From the IMG/VR virus record IMGVR_UViG_3300043399_000848, positions 1 through 61,443 of that record: a stretch of 61,443 bases of DNA; one strand, written 5' to 3'. The notes under the pieces are model-generated. The model saw only the letters and a program-made list of their open reading frames with translations. It was not told the DNA's origin and searched no databases. Shown here piece after piece: positions 55,213 to 61,443 of the stretch (position 1 is the stretch's first letter; each line of letters starts with the position of its first letter). The translations under genes and the position numbers were made by a program. The DNA is from a virus (Duplodnaviria > Caudoviricetes).

Positions 55213-55680
55213 TCAGGCAGCAGACGCGCCGAGCGCTGCCAGCTGGGCCAGGTTGAAGGGCTGCGCCCGGTCCTCGGACTGGTCCCGGGTCGCGCCGGCC
55301 CAGGTGGGGGCCTTGCGGGGCGGGCAGAGCGGGCGGCCCTCGATCGTCAGGAACTGGGTCGGGTCGAATTCGCCCCAGGCGGCCGCGTCAGGCCCGATCA
55401 GCTCGCCGTGCCCGCGGCGGGCCTCGAAAACCCCGATCGCCTGCTGGCCCAGCTGCACGGCCAGAGCGTAGACGGCCGTGGCCTGGAGGCTGTCGATGCC
55501 CCACGCCGACGGGGAGCTGACTTGCGCGATCACGGTGCGCTCGGTGCTCGATTGCGCCACGCGGAGGGCCAGCAGGTTAAAGCCAAAGCGCTCCAGCGCT
55601 TGGACCGTCTCGGTCACGGTGTTCTCGGCGCCAGACGTGCCGACGGCCAAGCCGATGTTGGGGGTGATGGTGGGGGTCAT
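55213..55680 (-). CDS. Hypothetical protein
   Basis: AGGAG RBS. Confidence 0.65.
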   Translation of the reverse strand: MTPTITPNIGLAVGTSGAENTVTETVQALERFGFNLLALRVAQSSTERTVIAQVSSPSAWGIDSLQATAVYALAVQLGQQAIGVFEARRGHGELIGPDAAAWGEFDPTQFLTIEGRPLCPPRKAPTWAGATRDQSEDRAQPFNLAQLAALGASAA

Positions 55681-55774
55681 CTCGATCTCCTGCCCGGGGG
55701 CCGCCGGGCGGCGGAGTGTGCGGGGGCGACACTGGCCTGCCTCTGGGGCAAGCCGCTGCCGCCGCAGCGGGGGG

Positions 55775-56074
55775 TCATGCCGGGCAGCCGGCCATCCACC
55801 AGCGGGCGACCGTGATGGCCTGCTCGCGGTCCTCGGTGTAGTGGACGCGGTCGCCGTCGATGGCGACTTCGTAGGCGCGGAATTCGTCGCACCACAGCTC
55901 GGTGACGACGACGCGGTAGCCGCCGCCGCTGGTCATGCGGCCGATGACCCTCTGCCCCTGGTCGGCGGGGCAGTCGTCATGCCGCCGGTCACCGCGATCG
56001 AACCCGTCCCAGCGGCTGGAGCAAGGGGCGCTGTGGGCAAGGTGTTCTTCGTACTGGCTGCTGAACATTTTCAA
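55775..56074 (-). CDS. Hypothetical protein
   Basis: GGAG RBS; first gene after a candidate promoter. Confidence 0.55.
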   Translation of the reverse strand: MKMFSSQYEEHLAHSAPCSSRWDGFDRGDRRHDDCPADQGQRVIGRMTSGGGYRVVVTELWCDEFRAYEVAIDGDRVHYTEDREQAITVARWWMAGCPA

Positions 56075-56101
56075 TCTCCGGTTGCGTGCTTGGGAGACCT
56101 G

Positions 56102-56130
56102 ATTATCGGTAGGGCAGCCAGACTGGCCAA
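56102..56130 (-). promoter_or_regulatory. Leftward promoter copy 2
   Basis: TTGGCC-17 nt-GATAAT. Confidence 0.55.
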
Positions 56131-56334
56131 TTGTTTGTGGCTATCGCAAAAGCCGAAATCGATAGCGTACGTCTATGCCAGACACGCAATGCCATGCGCT
56201 TTTCACATTGCGGAATGCACCAGCTCAAGTTGTCTCGCATAGCGAGACGGGCGTTTCACAGGTTGAAATGTCGTTGACGGGCGTATCCGGCGACAATCAG
56301 ACTGTCGCGGGTCAATTTGCAATAGACAGTCACA

Positions 56335-56562
56335 ATGGACAACACTCCGAAGATACAAATCACCCCCGATGGCAGCGGGGGCTACGCGATCCAGGCCGGC
56401 GAGCAGACGGCCCAGGCGGCCGACCTGGACCAGCTCCTGGACATGATTCGCGACATGCTCGGTGGCGAAGAGTCGGCCGAGGACAGCTGGGAGGCCGAGG
56501 CAGCCGACCGTGGCGATGACGGCTACCGGCGCCCGACAGCCGGGCCGATGCGAGCTCTCTGA
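56335..56562 (+). CDS. Acidic hypothetical protein
   Basis: First ORF of the rightward packaging region; GC3 bias. Confidence 0.55.
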   Translation: MDNTPKIQITPDGSGGYAIQAGEQTAQAADLDQLLDMIRDMLGGEESAEDSWEAEAADRGDDGYRRPTAGPMRAL

Positions 56563-56653
56563 GCCCGCGTGCCTGAGATAGGACCCGAACCTTCTTCCGT
56601 TTTCCCAGGTAAACAGGCCCTCAATCATCGGGCCTGACACAGTGAGGACACAC

Positions 56654-56860
56654 ATGGCATCGCAAACGTACGCAACCGCCCCTTCCCGCAATCCCCATGT
56701 CGCGGCCGAGGGTTTCGGCAGTGGCGCAAAGCCGGGCAAGGTGCCGGTGCCGCAGGGCGGCGCAGTGATGGGCAAGGCCCCGGCCGGTGGCGACGGCGCC
56801 AAGGCCGGCACGCCGCGGGGCTTCGCGGGTGGCCTGATCGATGGCAAGGTCAAGGTCTGA
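56654..56860 (+). CDS. Small Gly-rich protein
   Basis: GAGGA RBS before ATG 56654. Confidence 0.6.
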   Translation: MASQTYATAPSRNPHVAAEGFGSGAKPGKVPVPQGGAVMGKAPAGGDGAKAGTPRGFAGGLIDGKVKV

Positions 56861-57013
56861 CGAAGAAATGACCCCCCTCCCCCCTGTTCGATCGGGGCTG
56901 GCGGGTGGTTTCGGCCCCCCTATGCCCCCGCTTTGGGTCCCCGGCGCGCGGGTCCCATCCACTATGGGGGTGTGGCTCGGTCACAACACTCCGGAACTTA
57001 CTTCGGGGGCCTC

Positions 57014-57469
57014 ATGAGCGACATCGAGAACCGGCGCCGGCAGGGCTTTGCTGAGCTCGCGGGCGATGTCCCCCGCGAGTCGCGGCCGGAGGTCGATGGG
57101 TTCGAGCACATGTACGAGCCCCAGATCCGCCGGCCCAACAGGCAGGGCAAGCTCAACCTGCGGGCCGTTGTCGACGTGCTCGACAGCTACGGCCTGGACC
57201 CGATCGAAGAGCTGGCCAAGGTCCTCGTGGACAAGGAGCCGGCCCGGTCTCGCGATGGCGCACCGATCATCGACCCCGCGACGGGGCAGCCTGTGATGAA
57301 GCCGAAGCTCGACATCGAGACGCACGTCAAGCTGCTGACGGAGCTGGCCCAGTACACGCGGCCGAAGCTGAAGGCGGTGGAGATCACGAACAAGACGCCC
57401 GAGCTCAGTGACGAGCAGATCGAGCGTCGGCTGCAGGCGCTCATGGACCGGAATAAGGGAGCCAAGTGA
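57014..57469 (+). CDS. Terminase small subunit (putative)
   Basis: DPIEELAK, LTELAQYTRPKLKAVEI, LSDEQI; position upstream of terL. Confidence 0.6.
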   Translation: MSDIENRRRQGFAELAGDVPRESRPEVDGFEHMYEPQIRRPNRQGKLNLRAVVDVLDSYGLDPIEELAKVLVDKEPARSRDGAPIIDPATGQPVMKPKLDIETHVKLLTELAQYTRPKLKAVEITNKTPELSDEQIERRLQALMDRNKGAK

Positions 57470-57729
57470 TGGAAACGATCAAGAAGCTCTGGGATTACGC
57501 GTGCATCACGTGGCTGTCCCTGACGCCCAAGGCTCAGATCACGGTCCTCGTGGCCCTGTTCATCATGTTCTTCGCAGGCGCCGTGCTGGCCCAGGGCAAG
57601 ACCTGGCAAGTTCTGGAGCACGCGTGTGACAAGTCCGGCGCCGTGAACACGCTGGTCATTGCCGTGGCCGAGCCCGGCTTCGTGCAGATCAGCTGGGACA
57701 ATTCGTCGGTCTGCGGCAAGGCGTCGTGA
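57466..57729 (+). CDS. Small membrane/secreted protein
   Basis: TM/signal segment, two Cys in the exported part; overlaps both neighbours. Confidence 0.6.
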   Translation: MMETIKKLWDYACITWLSLTPKAQITVLVALFIMFFAGAVLAQGKTWQVLEHACDKSGAVNTLVIAVAEPGFVQISWDNSSVCGKAS

Positions 57730-60158
57730 CCGACCTGGCGTCACTGTCCACAGAAGAGAAGCTGGAACTTCTTCAGCTTCTGGAGATCCGCGACCGTCGC
57801 CAGCGCGAAAACATGCTGGCGTCGTACAAGCCGTACGCCAAGCAGAAGGAATTCCACAACGCAGGCGCCACGTACCGTGAACGCCTGTTCATGGCTGCTA
57901 ATCAGTGCTCAGGCCCGTGGACGTGGGTTGAAACGCCGGGCTCCAAGGCCCTGTCCGTAGATACGTTTTTCGAGCCAGGTGCACGTGTTCAAGCGTGGGA
58001 CGGTGAATCTCGATGTGTCGCTCCAGTGCGGCACGGATATCTGAAGGGCATTGAGAAAGCGTATCGTCTGGTCCTGGAGACGGGAGAGTTCTTTGACGTG
58101 ACGGCCAGTCACCAAGTGCTGACCGAACAAGGCTGGCTTTCGGTTTCCCGGATAGTGTCGCTTTCAAGTGGTCTGCGTTGCTGGCAAACAACCGAAGATT
58201 TTCTGGCCAGTTGTGTTGCGGGTGGCCGTCTACATGATCCACGACTTCCGCTGGATCCAGGTAGCGACCCAGCACGACTTCTAGAACGAGTCGGTGCTCG
58301 GGAACGTAGCCTGTGCTTCTCGCTTGAGGATGCAGAGGCGCGTACACGCTCACATACCAGCCTTTTGTCAGACAACGTCCTCCACCCCAACGCTGGCTGT
58401 GACCCGCGCCAGATCGAGGCCCTGTGCGCGCAGTTCGCAGGCCCAGCGATGAGCAGTAGCGTTCTACCGTTGACCGGTGAACACCAAGCCTTCTTGCAAC
58501 TTGCTCGTGTGTCTCACCTTCTTCCTCAATCAGGCGACGAACCTCGTCTCCTTTCTCTACCAGCAGACGTCCTGGTAGGAATTGTGGCTGGATGTTTCTC
58601 CTCTGAAGAAAAGACTGCACTACGTGAGTTTTCAGACCGAGTCGCTCGGCTATCTCTTGACGTGTCAGGCCCTGGGAGTTCCATTGAAGAACTTGGTCAA
58701 GATGCGGCTCGACTAGGGACGTTCTACCCATTTGATGGTCCTCGGCTGGTTGGTGGGAGGACGATCACTGCCGTCGTCCCGATTGGTTACCAGCCGATTC
58801 TAGACTGTCATGTGGACAGGGTCAATTGCTATTGGGCAGGCGGGGTGGTGCATCACAACAGCGGCAAGACGCTATCTGCTGCATACGAGATCGCGATCCA
58901 CGCCACCGGCCGCTACCCAGACTGGTGGCAAGGCCGCCGGTTCCACCGCCCGGTCAGCATCCTCGTCGGCTCGGAGTCTGGCGAACTGACCCGCAAGGGC
59001 CTGCAGCGCCTGATCGTGGGCTCGCCCCAGAAGCGGGAAGAGTGGGGCACTGGTGCGATCCCGAAGGAGTGCCTGGGCAACACGACGATGAAGCCCGGCG
59101 TGCCTGACGCGCTGGCCAGCGTGACTGTCAAGAACGAGTACGGCGGAGAGTCCGTCATCCAGTTCAACAGTTATGACCAAGGGCGCTCGAAGTGGCAGGC
59201 GGACACAATAGATATCGTTGCGATGGACGAAGAGCCTCCGATGGATATCTACACGGAGGCGCTGACTCGTACCAACGCGACGGGCGGTATCGTCTTCGTC
59301 ACGTTCACCCCGTTGCTGGGCATGTCCCAGGTGGTCAAGCGCTACCTGACGGAGAAGCCTGAGGGTACGACCGTCATCCGCATGACGATCGACGATGCGG
59401 AGCACTACACCCCCGAGGAGCGTGCGCGGATCATCGCCGCCTACCCCGAGCACGAGCGGGAGGCCCGGACGAAGGGCGTCCCGATGCTCGGCAGCGGCGC
59501 GGTGTTCCCCGTGGCCGAGTCCGCGATCAGCGTGGCACCGTTCGAGATCCCCGCCCATTGGGCACGGATCAACGGGATCGACTTCGGATGGGACCACCCG
59601 ACTGGCTTCGTCTGCATGGCCCACGACAGGGACACGGACACGGTCTACGTGTACGACGCCTGGAAGCTGAAGCAGACCCCCGTCATGACTCAGGCCGGGA
59701 TGGTCGTAGGCAAGGGGTACCAGAACATACCCTGGGCCTGGCCGCATGACGGCCTCCAGCATGACCGCAATTCCGGGGAGATCCTGAAGGACCAGTACCA
59801 GAAGTTCGGGATGAACATGATCTCGGAGAGGGCCCAGTTCGAGAACCGTCCCGACGGGAAGCCTGGTGGCAACAGCCTTGAGGCTGGTGTATCAATGATG
59901 CTGGAGAGAATGCAAACACGCAGACTACGCGTGTTTTCCAACTTGGAGGACTGGTTCTCGGAGTTCCGGCTGTACCACCGGAAGGAAGGGATCATCGTCA
60001 AGGAGGACGACGACATTCTGTCCGCGACGCGCTACGGGATCATGATGCTGCGCAAGGCGAAGACCTTGCTGGAGATGGAACCGAGCCGTGGCACTTTCAA
60101 CCGACCCGCTGCGAACCTGCCTGTTTTCCAGGTGTTCAACGCGGACTGTGCGTACTGA
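57726..60158 (+). CDS. terL: Terminase large subunit (P22-like), intein-containing precursor (810 aa; 492 aa after splicing)
   Basis: Spliced Walker A AANQ/SGKT, Walker B IVAMDEEP, TFTPLLG, nuclease GIDFGWDHP and DDILSATRY. Confidence 0.93.
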   Translation: MTDLASLSTEEKLELLQLLEIRDRRQRENMLASYKPYAKQKEFHNAGATYRERLFMAANQCSGPWTWVETPGSKALSVDTFFEPGARVQAWDGESRCVAPVRHGYLKGIEKAYRLVLETGEFFDVTASHQVLTEQGWLSVSRIVSLSSGLRCWQTTEDFLASCVAGGRLHDPRLPLDPGSDPARLLERVGARERSLCFSLEDAEARTRSHTSLLSDNVLHPNAGCDPRQIEALCAQFAGPAMSSSVLPLTGEHQAFLQLARVSHLLPQSGDEPRLLSLPADVLVGIVAGCFSSEEKTALREFSDRVARLSLDVSGPGSSIEELGQDAARLGTFYPFDGPRLVGGRTITAVVPIGYQPILDCHVDRVNCYWAGGVVHHNSGKTLSAAYEIAIHATGRYPDWWQGRRFHRPVSILVGSESGELTRKGLQRLIVGSPQKREEWGTGAIPKECLGNTTMKPGVPDALASVTVKNEYGGESVIQFNSYDQGRSKWQADTIDIVAMDEEPPMDIYTEALTRTNATGGIVFVTFTPLLGMSQVVKRYLTEKPEGTTVIRMTIDDAEHYTPEERARIIAAYPEHEREARTKGVPMLGSGAVFPVAESAISVAPFEIPAHWARINGIDFGWDHPTGFVCMAHDRDTDTVYVYDAWKLKQTPVMTQAGMVVGKGYQNIPWAWPHDGLQHDRNSGEILKDQYQKFGMNMISERAQFENRPDGKPGGNSLEAGVSMMLERMQTRRLRVFSNLEDWFSEFRLYHRKEGIIVKEDDDILSATRYGIMMLRKAKTLLEMEPSRGTFNRPAANLPVFQVFNADCAY
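57898..58731 (-). CDS. HTH-HTH-HNH homing endonuclease encoded antisense within the intein
   Basis: GLTRQEIAERLG and THEQVARRLGVHRSTV HTHs; GYVPEHRLV...VVDHVDGHPQHNWPENL HNH; GAGGA RBS 7 nt before ATG. Confidence 0.88.
   Translation of the reverse strand: MGRTSLVEPHLDQVLQWNSQGLTRQEIAERLGLKTHVVQSFLQRRNIQPQFLPGRLLVEKGDEVRRLIEEEGETHEQVARRLGVHRSTVERYCSSLGLRTARTGPRSGAGHSQRWGGGRCLTKGWYVSVYAPLHPQARSTGYVPEHRLVLEVVLGRYLDPAEVVDHVDGHPQHNWPENLRLFASNADHLKATLSGKPKASLVRSALGDWPSRQRTLPSPGPDDTLSQCPSDIRAALERHIEIHRPTLEHVHLARKTYLRTGPWSPAFQPTSTGLSTD
57906..58859 (+). mobile_element. Intein (318 aa) inserted in the terminase Walker A motif
   Basis: Block A C1-SGPWTWV, block B VTASHQVL, block F ILDCHVDRVNCYWAG, block G VVHHN, +1 Ser. 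Confidence 0.92.
58797..58825 (-). promoter_or_regulatory. Antisense sigma70 promoter inside the intein, for the HNH gene
   Basis: Minus strand TTGACC-17 nt-TAGAAT; the spacer holds a CTGTC-N5-GACAG palindrome. Confidence 0.7.
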
Positions 60159-60247
60159 ATCCGCTCGGTGGGGTGGAGACGCGAAGCCTTCAAGCGATGG
60201 TGGCGTGGCGCCGGCCCGCGTAAGAAGGCAGCCGGCACCTGACAAAC

Positions 60248-61443
60248 ATGGACCAAGACAAAGACGATGACGCAGTAGGACGCGAGGCCGCTCGACAGGA
60301 GCGGCTGCAGGCGTTCGGCCGCTCGCTTGCGTCCATGCGCGACAAGTGGATCCGGTCTCGGGCCGCGACCGGCTGGGACAAGCGGATCGTCGAGTCGCTC
60401 GACCAGTACCACGGCAAGGACCCGGCGACGCGGATGGCTGCGTCGATGATGGAGTCGGTCTACCAGGGATACCCGGTCACCGTCCGCGAGGCCCTGCCGA
60501 CGCGTTCGACGGTGTTCGTCGGTATCACCCGGCAGAAGACCAACAGCGCCGAGGCCCGGCTGGCGGACATCCTGTTGCCCACCGACGACCGCAACTGGGG
60601 CATCAAGCCGTCTCCGGACCCCGACCTGGCCAAGGCGATCACGGACGACGACGAGCTCGTCGACCCGGCCACGGGCGAGCCGATCCTGTTCGACATCCAG
60701 GGCAACGTCGTGGACAACCCTCAGGAGGGCCGCCCGGCGAAGAAGTCGCAGATCGCCCAGGCCGTCCAACAGGTGGCCAGGCAGGCCGCCGACGCGATGC
60801 TGATGGAGATCGACGACCAGCTGGTCGAGTGCGACTACAACGGCGAGATCCGCAAGGTGATCCACGACGCTGCCGTGATGGGCACGGGCGTGATCAAGGG
60901 TCCGATGGTGACCCGACGGACGCGCAAGGCCTGGCGGCAGAAGAAGGATCCGGTCACTGGCGAGAAGATGTACGTGATGGAGATCGTGGACGAGCTGCGC
61001 CCGGCCTCGTTCCGCGTCGACCCGCGCTTCGTCTGGGAGGACCCGACCTGCGGCGACGATGTGAAGAAGGGTCGCGGTGTGTTCGAGCTGGCCGAGATCA
61101 ACGACAAGCAGGTCCGAGACCTGGCCAAGCAGCCCGGGTACATCAAGGCCCAGCTGCGCGAGGTCATCGAGCAGGGGCCGATGCGAAGCGCTGCCCTGTA
61201 CGAGATCCAGCGCACGGAGATCGACAAGAACAACAGCGAGGACGGGAAGAGCTTCCAGCACTGGATCTACTGGGGCGACCTCGACCGGAAGGACCTGGCC
61301 GCGGCCGGAGTCGAGGTGGGTGACGAGGACGACCCTCTGCTGTCGATCAGCGGGTGCGTGGAGATGATCAATGACGTCGTCGTCCGCGCGTACTTGAACC
61401 CCCTCGAAGACGGGTCGATCCCGTACGACTTCTACCCCTGGGA
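60248..61443 (+). CDS. Portal protein, N-terminal part (wraps to 1-1247)
   Basis: ATG 60248, open to the window end; TRQKTNSAEARLADILLP, DAAVMGTGVIKGP. Confidence 0.85.
   Translation, partial: MDQDKDDDAVGREAARQERLQAFGRSLASMRDKWIRSRAATGWDKRIVESLDQYHGKDPATRMAASMMESVYQGYPVTVREALPTRSTVFVGITRQKTNSAEARLADILLPTDDRNWGIKPSPDPDLAKAITDDDELVDPATGEPILFDIQGNVVDNPQEGRPAKKSQIAQAVQQVARQAADAMLMEIDDQLVECDYNGEIRKVIHDAAVMGTGVIKGPMVTRRTRKAWRQKKDPVTGEKMYVMEIVDELRPASFRVDPRFVWEDPTCGDDVKKGRGVFELAEINDKQVRDLAKQPGYIKAQLREVIEQGPMRSAALYEIQRTEIDKNNSEDGKSFQHWIYWGDLDRKDLAAAGVEVGDEDDPLLSISGCVEMINDVVVRAYLNPLEDGSIPYDFYPW
61245..61443. repeat. Terminal direct repeat, right copy
   Basis: Matches 1-199 with one mismatch. Confidence 0.97.

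Noticed and set aside
60159-60247. ncRNA between terL and portal
   Set aside because: Only a short GCCGGC pair; not enough structure to support a call

Overview
The window appears to be the complete, circularly permuted genome (about 61,244 bp plus a 199-bp terminal overlap) of a GC-rich temperate tailed phage with a podovirus-like gene set. It encodes a P22-type terminase and portal, an N4-gp56-type major capsid protein, tail adaptor/nozzle, an S74-chaperone tail fibre, a lysis cassette and ejection proteins including a 3,494-aa polyvalent protein. It also has a tyrosine integrase with an attP matching a tRNA-Thr 3' end, a family A DNA polymerase module, an XRE repressor, a primase-helicase with a likely origin, a SNF2 helicase and many small accessory genes. 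The host is probably a PEP-CTERM-using betaproteobacterium (inference). Top finding: the large terminase carries a 318-aa intein in its Walker A motif. The intein interior is featureless in the sense frame, but on the opposite strand it holds a complete HTH-HTH-HNH endonuclease gene with its own near-consensus sigma70 promoter and RBS. Also notable: the giant ejection protein is divided by a recurring S[AE][KR]R motif and has two +1-frame nested ORFs right after its putative effector domains; there is a phage-borne PEP-CTERM protein; and a GACAG-N5-CTGTC operator recurs at several promoters. Family assignments come from motif recognition by eye; no database searches were run.
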